IMG/VR virus record: IMGVR_UViG_3300017783_000051
Location: 1 to 45,281 of that record
Source: a virus
Taxonomy: Duplodnaviria; Caudoviricetes
Direction: 5' to 3' (one strand)
DNA: 45,281 bases
The notes beneath the pieces were generated by a model, which was not told the origin of the DNA, searched no databases, and saw only the letters and a list, made by a program, of their open reading frames with translations. This document shows, piece after piece, positions 7,775 through 18,600 of this stretch. The translations under genes and the position numbers were made by a program. Positions within the stretch are counted from its first letter, which is position 1. The number at the start of each line of letters is the position of its first letter.

Positions 7775-8365
7775 TTAGTAATACTGCTTCACCCACATAT
7801 GTTGTTGATTATCATATGTGTAATTTACACGTTGTTCTTCAAATGCTAAAACTTTAATGTAAGTTTTTTTCTGTTCATCCCAAACCCAACCTTTTGGATT
7901 CATATTTGCATTTACAGTATACTCTGAAGTATCAGCGTATGGAAGAGGAGCTCCCTTGTTATCAGTAAGTTGTCTGGACTGATATGGACACTCCCAATGA
8001 CATGCAGCTTCGTCTAAGATAACATGAGTTGCATCATGTCTTGGTGGAATAAAAGCATCTCTTTCGTAATCATATTTACCACCAACAGCAGCATAGTTTT
8101 TTCTCAAACAACTTTTGCTACCAAAAAGAGGTTCAATATAATCTCCATTTACATCGGGTGGACGTTGAACTCTATGTTGTCCTTTTACAGCATTGTATGA
8201 TGTTTGCTTCCAATCCCATTGAGGTGCTCCACCAAATAACTCAGAAAGAAAATCAATTCCTTTCTGTTCTACTTCGTTGCCTTCATTGTTTTTAAGAACT
8301 TCATCGTCAATTACAACAACATCAACAACAGTTCCTGTTCTGTCTATTTTTGCGAAATGTGCCAT
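7775..8365 (-). CDS. Conserved marine-phage hypothetical protein (MAHFAK type), possible fibre assembly chaperone
   Basis: MAHFAKID...WKQTSYN...RKNYAAVG..YD..RDAFIPP...W.CP...W.WDE, a motif set I recognise from small phage genes following glycine-rich fibre genes. It starts 5 nt after the 350-aa gene. Confidence 0.7.
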   Translation of the reverse strand: MAHFAKIDRTGTVVDVVVIDDEVLKNNEGNEVEQKGIDFLSELFGGAPQWDWKQTSYNAVKGQHRVQRPPDVNGDYIEPLFGSKSCLRKNYAAVGGKYDYERDAFIPPRHDATHVILDEAACHWECPYQSRQLTDNKGAPLPYADTSEYTVNANMNPKGWVWDEQKKTYIKVLAFEEQRVNYTYDNQQHMWVKQYY

Positions 8366-8370
8366 TGTTT

Positions 8371-9423
8371 TTACTGGAATTTATACTTTACAATTACGAT
8401 ACCGCCGCCACCATTACCGCCTTTGGGTTCTGGATAGTTGCGAGGATCTTGGTCAGCAGCACCACCGCCACCTCCACCAAGACCACCTGTTCCTGGGTTT
8501 CCGTCAGCAGTAGGAGATAGAGCACCTACTCCACCACCACCAGATCCACCATTAGGGTTATGAGGACCACCAGGGTAGTTAGCGCCACCGCCTCCACCAC
8601 CATAAGTTTGTGCGGAACCAGAGATAGCAGATGTATATCCGTTACCACCTCTTGCGGGACCTGAATTGGGTCTGGTGTATCCAGCTTGACCTGCTTCACT
8701 AGCACCGCCACCACCACCAGAAGTACCATTCTGAGATGTAGCACCAGTTCCACCAGGGAAACCTTGACCTGATGTACCAGGACCACCAGGTCCCTCTCCA
8801 TCACCGTCAGTGCCGTTTCCGCCACCAGAACCACCTGATTGTCCAGGTTTATCCTGTTGACCGCCTCCACCGCCTCCAATAGCGGTTTGTGTTCCTAGTG
8901 AACTATTTCCACCAGGTGATCCTGCAGAGTTACCAGTTCCTCCAGTTCCTCCACCACCAACAGCGATAGAATAGGAACCAGCTGATACAGCGTAGTTATA
9001 TCCATCAGTTCTTAAGACACCACCAGCACCTCCGCCTCCCCCAGAACCAAAGTTGTTAAAGTCACCCGAACCAAATCCACCACCTCCACCGCCACCTGCG
9101 ACGATAAGATAGTCAACAGTGTTGCCAAATGGTTGAGTAGAATCACCCACTTCAGTTATAACAAAAGCAGATGCACTATTGAAAGTGTGAATACGAAAAT
9201 CTCCATCATTCTGAATTGCTCCTCCAGATGCTGTGATAAATCCACCACCTGCACCAACAGCAGATTTCCATTCTGCTCCATCATATACTTCAACACCACC
9301 CTCTTCAGAGTTGTAAATCATCATGCCAGGTGTGGCAGATAATCCATTTCTTTGAGAAGTAGTGTATGATGGTAATTGTAGGGTCCCAGTTATATTAAGG
9401 GTTCCAGCATTTAATGTAGACAT
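8371..9423 (-). CDS. Glycine-rich putative tail-fibre tip/adhesin protein
   Basis: N-terminal module LPSYTTSQR...PGMMIYNSEE..VEVYDGAEW is followed by ASGG...IHTF, YLIVAGGGGGG, GGGGGAGG, GQGFPGG, YGGGGGG and a terminal GGNGGGGIVIVKY (polyglycine-II-type domain). Confidence 0.78.
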   Translation of the reverse strand: MSTLNAGTLNITGTLQLPSYTTSQRNGLSATPGMMIYNSEEGGVEVYDGAEWKSAVGAGGGFITASGGAIQNDGDFRIHTFNSASAFVITEVGDSTQPFGNTVDYLIVAGGGGGGGFGSGDFNNFGSGGGGGAGGVLRTDGYNYAVSAGSYSIAVGGGGTGGTGNSAGSPGGNSSLGTQTAIGGGGGGQQDKPGQSGGSGGGNGTDGDGEGPGGPGTSGQGFPGGTGATSQNGTSGGGGGASEAGQAGYTRPNSGPARGGNGYTSAISGSAQTYGGGGGGANYPGGPHNPNGGSGGGGVGALSPTADGNPGTGGLGGGGGGAADQDPRNYPEPKGGNGGGGIVIVKYKFQ

Positions 9424-9429
9424 AGTTTT

Positions 9430-9627
9430 TTATTGTCTCTGTGTTTCTTGCCAAACAAGGTCGCCGTCTGAATTAGGGGCATATAGGTAAATTCTTTTTG
9501 CTGTTGGTTCCCAACAAATTGCTCCAGCTTCTGCTCTCGGCATTGAACCTTGAGAATGAAGCGGGAGATCTACGGAAACACTTGGATTAGCAGTGTTTAC
9601 TGTTAACTTAGCAGGAATAAACGCCAT
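9430..9627 (-). CDS. Small hypothetical virion protein consisting of one fibre connector-like module
   Basis: LP......P.AEAGAICWEPTAKRIYLY...W resembles the N-terminal module of the two glycine-rich proteins; first gene after a late promoter. Confidence 0.65.
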   Translation of the reverse strand: MAFIPAKLTVNTANPSVSVDLPLHSQGSMPRAEAGAICWEPTAKRIYLYAPNSDGDLVWQETQRQ

Positions 9628-9648
9628 AGTTGATATATCCTATATGGT

Positions 9649-9656
9649 TATTTATA
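9649..9656 (-). promoter_or_regulatory. T4-type late promoter TATAAATA heading the adhesin/oxygenase island
   Basis: Exact consensus overlapping the TAA of the 3034-aa gene, about 20 nt before the ATG at 9627. Confidence 0.78.
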
Positions 9657-12600
9657 GGATATTCCATACACCACCAGAACTGATGGTGACTGTCTTACCA
9701 CTTGCGATAGTAATAGGACCATATGAAGCAGCATTATCAGAACCACCAATAGTAATGTCTTCGGCAATACTATTTCTGTTTCTCTTAATAACACCATAGG
9801 AATCTAGATATTGTGCATCTTGATTAACACGAGTAATGCCTCTGATGTTTGCTTCACCATTAACATCTAATGTATAATCAGGATCTGCTTGGTTAATACC
9901 AACCTTAGATAATCTAAAGATGTCAGTTGCATTAGAAGCTTCAGTCCATCTAGAAGTAACAAACTCAGCGTTGTTTTGGAAAAGTTGACCGTTGAAGTTG
10001 ACATCACCTTGAACATTTAGTTTGTATTGTCTAACAGTTGTTCCGTCATCAGGATCTGTTCCAGAGTGAGCAGTAGTGTTAATTGCAACAGCATTAGTAT
10101 CTCCCTTAATCTGAATTGCAGGAGTTGTGTTCCAGTCGTTGTTGCCATCACTATCAGATGCTTGGATTGCAAATAGGTCATTACCTGTTGTTTGAGCACT
10201 TATTCTAAAGTTTCTATAGTTAAGAGCACCAAACATCGTAACGAATGTACCAGAGTTATCATTACCACTGTCTAGGAAAACACCTTCTCGGAATAGAACT
10301 TTCTTATCAGCTTCAATCGCATAATTTGTTCCACTATTCTCAATCTTAAGACCACCATCACCTTGGATAGTTAGTTTATTAGAAGAGTTGTTGCGGAAGA
10401 TGAAATCTCTATTATCTGCTCTGCCGTTGAAGATCCAGTGTGCGCCTTCACCAGGATGTGTACTGGATTGTGTTCCAGACGAGATAAACATCATCGCATG
10501 GTTAGCATTATCATAGTATGCGTCTCTGGAACCATCAAGCAGAAGTTGATGTCCAGTTGCATTAGCAGGACCACTTAATCTTAGAGCAGCAATTGCTCCA
10601 CCAAGAACGTCAAGACCAATACCAGCAGTTAGTGTTGTGCCAACGTTAATACCAACAGCATCGTTCGATACATCAACTAATAGAGTGTCTGTATCTACTG
10701 TAAAGTCATCTGTAACAGTTGCTTTACTGCTGAAGTTAGCATCACCAGAAACTGTTAAAGTAGATCCAGTACCAGTAATGTTCAACGATCCAGACATGCT
10801 ATCGCCTGCCTTAAGAACGTTTAAGGAAGCAGAACCAGTAATTGTTGCTGTGATTGTACCAGCAGCAAAGTCACCATTAGCATCTCTCTTAACAGCAGTG
10901 TCTGCAATGTTTGTAGATTGGAATTCAATGTTACCTGCATTCCAAACAACATTACCATTAATGTTGAAACCATCTGCATTTGCAACTAGGCAGTTCAGAG
11001 TACCAGAACCATCAGTCGCGTTACCACCAGTTGCAACTAAACCTACGTTATAGTTAGCTGCAGATACAGAGGAATTGAAGTACACACCAGGAGAAGATGC
11101 GATGCTATCTTTTCTACCCAATCTTAGGTTTGCAGTACCACCATCACTTTCTAACTTAGCAACTTGAACTGTATTACCATCTTCAATTGTGAAATCTTGG
11201 AATTCTTTTCTATTTCCAGCATCACCAATTGTTTTTGCGCCAACAAAATTACCAGTAGTTAACCTACCAATAATGATTGTAAAATCATTTGAATTGTCAG
11301 GATCATTATTGATAACAAAATTGTCAATAGCAATAGTACCAGTACCCTGACCGTTAGCGTCATACAAGTTGACACTAGATCCAGGAGTAAATGGTGTTGT
11401 GTTTAAGATTAAACCAGAAACATAAATTCTAAACTTAGGATCTCCATTAAATGCTTTAATTGTCAAGTCATCTTGAACTACCTTAGATGACATGAACTCG
11501 GGCAATCTATTATCAGATATAGTTCCGTAGTTTAAATTGAGAGCATTTTGATACCAAATACCTTGCTTGTTATCAAGTCTGTCAGCGTCTAATTCAGATC
11601 CAATACCATCATTTAATGATGACCATATCTTTGCCCAAGATCCGAAGTTTGTAACTCCAGTTCCAGATCCACGAAGATACATGTTATCATTATCTGTGAA
11701 TGCGAGTTGTCTGATACCACCAAATGATGCGTCAAAACTAGAACCACCTGCTCTGAATGTCAGAGTCATGTTTTTGGTTCCACCATCATTCAAACCATTT
11801 GCGCTATTGTTAACAGTGTTAGAAACAACGCCTCCTTGGAAGTTATCAGGAGATGGGTTAGAAGCTGGGTTATTAGTACCAGTAGACAATCTTAAGGTAT
11901 TACCAGAAGAACCAGAAACACTAATATTGTATGTTCCAGCAAGTCTGTCCTGTGGAATTGTTCCAGTAAATAGGTTGGTAGCGTTCGTATAGTATTCACC
12001 TTGCTGTCCATCAAGAAGGTCAGCATCAAGACCTGAATCTGCACCAACGTCCAATTCAACAGAACCATTTCCGTTTTGTCCAACAATGAACTGAGATTTC
12101 TTAAATCTCGCAACACCAATTGTTCCATACAAGTCAGAAGAAATTGTTAGATCAGATACTCTCTGAACGTCTAGAGAGACGTTTGCAAACTGTTTGTTAA
12201 CAGTGCTAATCTTAACAAGTAAAACAAGACCAGATCCACCACCAATTGCTGTAGGTGGAACTGTCATTGTGAAATCTGCATCATAACCAGAACCACCATC
12301 AGTGACAGTAATTTCTGTTATAGTACCTCCAGAAATGACGAGGTTCATCTTACCTTCGGTTCCAGTACCACCAATTATATCTTGATCAAAATACTGTCCG
12401 TTTGTAAATCCAGTACCACCGTTAGATATAATAGCATCCTCAACAAAGTTACCTCTGGTGAAGGTAGATTCAAAGATCACTGGCGATTCGCCACGTTCAA
12501 ATTCAATAACAGTACCAGCAGCAATTGTTGAAACAACTGGGTTGTTCAATTGAATTGTTGTTGAACCACCAGTAGTTAAAACACCTTGTATGTTTGTATT

Positions 12601-15600
12601 TGGTTGTATACCAGATACGTTATTCTTAACTTCATGTCCTACAAGAGCATCCGCTAGTGTAGCGAAAACCATTGAACTGGAACCACTATTGCATGTAGAA
12701 GTTAACTTAGCAAAGTATCTTTTCTCTGCACCTTTAACAGATTGAACTGCTAGTGCAAAGTTCTGGTCACCTCTTAGGAAGGTGAATGAGTTTGCAGAAC
12801 CACCAGATGCTAATCTGTCAGTTTCAATAGTACCAGATACAATCTGATTAGCAGCAATTTGGTTGGAAGATAGAGATACCCAGTTGAGGGAGTTAGAAGA
12901 TGATGTATTAACAACCCTAGTGATGTTGATATCAACTGCAGGAGTGTCACTACTTTCAATAAAATCATTGTCTTCTAGTTTGATTCTATTAACAATGTCT
13001 CCGTAGAGTCTGCTTTCAATTAATGAATTTGCTGTAGCAGCAACACCAGATCCTGCAGGAGCAGCAATGTCTACATTTGGTGGAATAGTGTATCCTTTAC
13101 CACCTTTAAATCCATTGAATACGATAAGATCAACTGCAACTACTTCACCGTTAGCAATAATAGCTGTTGCTTTTGCCTCAACAGATCCAGATTGGGGAGT
13201 ACCACCAGTAAGGGTTACAGTTGGAGGAGTTGCATATCCACTACCACCATTTGTAATATTGATTTGGAATACAACACCTTGTCTGTATTCAGTTGCTTGC
13301 AAGCGACCATTAGTAATGCTACCAGTAAAGATGTCACCAATAGTAAATTGAAGTGTTGTATCAATACCAAATGATAAGAATTGACTATCTAAATCATTGT
13401 TTAGAATGAATGATGTAGAAGTATCTTGCTCAATTGCGATATCGCCAGCAAGAGCTCCTTCTAGTGCCAATCTTTCTGTTGAATTAGCAACTGTAAATAC
13501 TTCAAATGGTCTCAACGCTGGAATCTGATCAACAGAAATCTTACCAGAATCAGTTAATTCTACGAGGTTTCTTGGAATAGCATTCGTGGAGAATGGTTTG
13601 TTGATATATGGTCCAAGGTTGTTGGTGATATAATCTTTGACTGCCTTTTGTGTGGGCAACTTGGAGTCGGTAGATTGAGCACCACCAAGTGTATTGGAAG
13701 CGTCAAATCCAGTAACAACAACGTCGCCACCTTTTAGTTTCAAGAATTCAACTTCAGAGATGGTAACAGTACCCGTGAAGGTAATAGCACCAGTTCTGTT
13801 TTCAATTCTTGCGAATGTACCAACTTTAAAGTCACCAAGTTCGTCAGTACCAGAAACGTATACACGTCCATACTGTTCAGAAACCTGTTCATGTGCCTCA
13901 ACTTTAGTTCCACCGTTCTCAGGAAGAGCTAAGTAGTTAGTTCCTGAACCTGCAAATTCCCAAGTGTGTGAGGAAGAGTTAACGATAGATGGTCTGTGTA
14001 ACTTGATTGTTTCTCCTTGGAGAGAACCAGGTGAAGTAACACTACCAGTAGAGATATTTGTTAGATCTAAAGTATCTCCAGTTCCGTTGTCAATAGTAAG
14101 TTGTGCTGAGAAAGGAGGACCAACTGTAACAGAACCAACAGCATCGACAAAGAATTCAATATCAGTATTTGTGTTTCTAAATCCATCAACTTTTACAACA
14201 TAATGCTCTAGTGGTTCTCTACCTAGTCCAGTAACTGTTAGAATTGTTCTACCAGTAGGTGTGGAAGAAACGTTACTGATTATACCTTGGTCAAAGGAGT
14301 AACACTCTTCTCTATATCCAATACCGCGAAGAGCATAGATACCAAAGTTTGTAGCAGAGTTAGTGATGGATGCATAACCACCAGATTCGGCAAGAACACC
14401 ATCAGAACAGAAGATAACAAAGACCGAAACTAACTGGGTGTAACCATCGTTAATGACCTTGTATCCCGTACCAGCAAAGGAGACAATCGTGAATGCCGCA
14501 GCAACCATCGACTTACCTTGGTTGGGGAACGATGCTGTTCCGTCCAACTCAAGACCAGGGAAGGGGCAATTAGGTTGCTTAACTTTAGAACCGTCAACTA
14601 GAGCACCACTACCACCCAAGAATGAAATTACAGAAGCGTTCTGTGTGTATGGTGAAGCTTCGATAATAGGATAGTCATCAAAATCAGCACGAACTGCCAT
14701 TCGTGTATCGCTCTGATCAGTGATGAAGTTATCTGGATATGTTAGAATATCATTTGGATCAAATAGTGTTCCAAATGTTTTAGTAGTAGATCCAGGTTCT
14801 GTACCGTTAACAACGTCTACAGAATACTCAAGGATACTATCAAGTAAACCAAACGATGTATCAATAGAAGCATCTACATTTGCACATGTAGCTCCTGCGC
14901 CATCGTCTACTAAAATACTCCAATCCTCAAATTTGGGAATTGGTGAAGACATTGCAACATAATCATTAATTAGTAAAGCACTACCACTTACAAATAAATG
15001 TGTGTCAGTGTTACTTCCTGCAGCACCTACATTAACTTCAATGCTGGTTATACCAGCAGAACTAGTAGAAGAAATAATTGCAAATGATTGACCTACATTA
15101 GAATCAAAAATCTTGGGAACAGCATCATCACCGCCACCACCATGAGAACAGTTGAATACTAATCCACCTAGTTGGAATGCAACTCTAGATGATGCATTCT
15201 GTCCAAATCCTGCAGGAATGCTAGAATCTGGCATCTGAATAATTAGTTGTCCACCTACAGGATCGTAAGTTGCATTGCTAACTGTACGATTAAAAACACC
15301 GCCACCTTGTGATCCACCTAGGGACCAATTCTTAGCTGCATGTTTACAGTATAGTTTTGCTCTATCATAAGCATAACGAACATATGGAATTTCAGATACT
15401 GGAACACCAGTAAGAGTGCCACCACTAAAGTAAGATTCAGCAGCATCAACAATACCATTGTTACCACCAAGAACTAAATCTTTTACAAGACCTTTTAATA
15501 CTAACTTAGTATCTCTAGTACACTTTCTCTCATTTACACTTGAATTATTAATTTCAGGGAAATTAACTTCAGTATCTTCATATGCTTGATCAGCAATCAA

Positions 15601-18600
15601 ATCTGCGTTTCTAGCAATCAGATATGCACCATCTAAGTATGTGCCACTCTGATTGTTTGTGATTACATCACCCCAAAGGAATGCTAGAGTATCAATTGCA
15701 GATTTTACATCAGCACAAGCAGGAGTTCCAGCAGTTGTTGTAATTACAGTATCATCAAAATATCTTGGTACGGATGAATATCTCGGAACGTAGATGGGAT
15801 TATTTGTAGTTCCATCATCTGTTCTCCAATTCCTCATTGCAAGAACACACAATCTACGTGCATATTCTACTGCACGAACGTTCTGTACAATTTCGTCCTC
15901 AATGAATGCAATTTTATCATTGACTATGTATTTTTTAGCTGCGTCAATAACATTGTGGTTAGACCCAAACTCAAGGTCTCTAACAATTGCATTAACAAAA
16001 TGAATAACATCTTGACGACATTGGTCATCACCATCAGTTCCCGTATTAGAACCAGATGTGGGTGAACTATAAGATGGATAAATTTTAGTTCCTGCAGAAC
16101 AAGAAATTTCAAGACCCGCAAGTTTTACAACGTCATCGTCTGCTAGAGAAGGAATAACTGTTCCTGTAGTTACAGTTGCAACACCAGTTACTGCATGATC
16201 GTATACAAAATCTGCAATATTATATGAAGTTCCACCAAATGTTACTGTACCAGTTGGATTTGTATTGTCATAAGCATTAGCATGGTCTAAAGTTCCAAGA
16301 AAAATCTTGAAATCATTTCCACTTATATCATATACACGGTAGTGATCTGTCTTAAACTCTTCATTGATTTGCCCTACAACTTCATCTGCAATAAACTCTC
16401 TGTTATTGCGTAGGAATACACATGCGTCTTGGAATCTTCTTTCTACAGGAGTAGATAATTTGAATGTGTTTGGTGAGTTTAGAAGTGATAGTGTAATAGC
16501 TTTGGAGAAAGATTTGGCAGTAGCAACTGTACCAGGGTCAAAGTTAGCGTCTGTAATTGCTGGTAACTTTTTAGGAATAACAAATCTTCTAGAACGTCCA
16601 TCAGCATCTTCTAGAACTTTATAAATTCTTTGCTTGCCGTTAAGAACAGATAAATCTGGAGATGATGTTGGTAAACCTTCAATTAAAATTTCTTGACCAT
16701 TTTTAAAATCATGGATATTACTTCTACCAACCAGTTCGTTTGTGTAGAATACAACACCACCTAGATCTTCCGAGTTACCAAACTGACCATTCTGGAAACC
16801 ACCAGTTGCAATGCTTGGATCTCCTTGTAATGAGAAGTCGAGTCTCTGAATGGGAACTGAAGATGTAATATCCTCATCATAGGATACAACCTCACCTTCA
16901 GCTCTAATTGATTTTAGAGTTGTAGTATCAAAACTATTGACAGTGACGTTTCCAGCAAAAATATCAATGGTTTCTGTTTGAGTCGAATCCCAACTAGGTG
17001 AGTTTAGAATTGGTACAACTTCTACATCCCAATATGTTGGTGAGTTATCATCATCAATAGATTTTACTTCATAGAAACCTTGTGAAAAACTACTGTCATC
17101 AGTATCATCAAGGAAAATGTATGTACCAGGTGGGATTAGTGTATCAGGATCTGTAGTAGTTCTGAATGTATTTTCACCAACTGTCTCTGTAATTGTTATT
17201 GCAAGAGATGCTCCTTGCGAACCAGTAACAAGATAGTTAAAACTTTCACCTTCTAGGAAAGAACCACTTGTTAGTTGTACATCAACATTACCAGTTAAGA
17301 AAGATCCAACACCAACTGTCTGATCAAAATCAACATTAATTAGTTTTGCTCTAGCACCAGTGTTAATACCAATTACTTCTAGTCCACCTGTTAATGCCGA
17401 TAGACCAGTATTCTCTTGGAAATTTACACGGAACTGATCAGGTCCAAAAATTTGATGACCGATTGGGAAGTTAACTCCAAAATCTCCATTGACTTCATTG
17501 TCAATGATGATTCTTTGCTTGTCATCGAAGACCATAGCAAAGTCCCAAGTCGCGACAGCATCACCAATAGAGTCAACTTGGTCACGATATGTCACACCAG
17601 TGACATAGTTTTTATCACCAAATTTGAAGATGTGCTTGCCAGGATTGGCAGGTCTGATAATTACTAGACGGAGGTTGTCACCAACAACTGATGCATCTGG
17701 TGGTAGAGAAATTGGGTTATCCTCTACATAATCACCACCAGAAACAATAAGGGTTTCCTTAACACCAACAGTTGCCCACGCGATCTGTGCTGCTCTCTTA
17801 ATTGTACGAACAGGGTTAACTGCAGAACGACCATCATTTAAATCAGAACCAATTTGTGCTGAAACGTAAACACGACCACCAACGTCATTCGTTGCTAGGT
17901 TAAGGACGTATTCTGTAGTTGCAATCTTATCAGATCTATCACCTAGGAGAGGCGTGATTGATCTTGGGAATACTCCAGCAATTCCAGTATCGTTATATCC
18001 AAATGCATTTGTATCATTGGCACGGAAACCAATATGCTTGAATTGTACTTCACCATTTAATACAATACCATCCTTATGGTCGGGTGCTTCTGGACCTGTT
18101 TGTCCAGCATTAATTGCCTGGTAAACATTAGCACCAAAATATCTGTATGAATCCTTCTGAACAATAACATTAGCACCCCATTCTGTGCCTGTATTGTTCA
18201 TAAATGTCTTCAGATTAGGAGCTCTGAAGTTCGTGTCAGGAGTAATAAAGTTTTCAATATCAAGGTTTAGAATTCTTGCCGTATCAGAAATGATAGACGT
18301 AGACGTTCTAATTGCACCATTGATATCAAGTTCAAAATCAACAGTATCAAGTACAGATTCAGCGGATGCACCACCACCATTACCACCAGTGATAGTTACA
18401 CCAGGCGCTGTCGTATAACCAGAACCAGGGTTGTTAATTGCAATATTAACAACTTGACCGTTAAAAATAAATGCAGACGCTAGAGCTTGGACACCACCAG
18501 CTGGCGGTGGATCAATTGCTACAGAAGGTTCTGTAGTATATCCAGTACCACCTGATAAAATTGTAATTGCGTTTACTCGTTCACCTGTTCTATTAATACC

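Noticed and set aside
8371-9423. (ACC)n/(CCA)n microsatellite-like tracts, considered as repeats or a CRISPR-like array
   Set aside because: Explained by polyglycine coding; there is no constant repeat-spacer periodicity.
358-9627. Diversity-generating retroelement acting on the adhesins
   Set aside because: No reverse transcriptase and no template/variable repeat pair differing at adenines was seen in the window.
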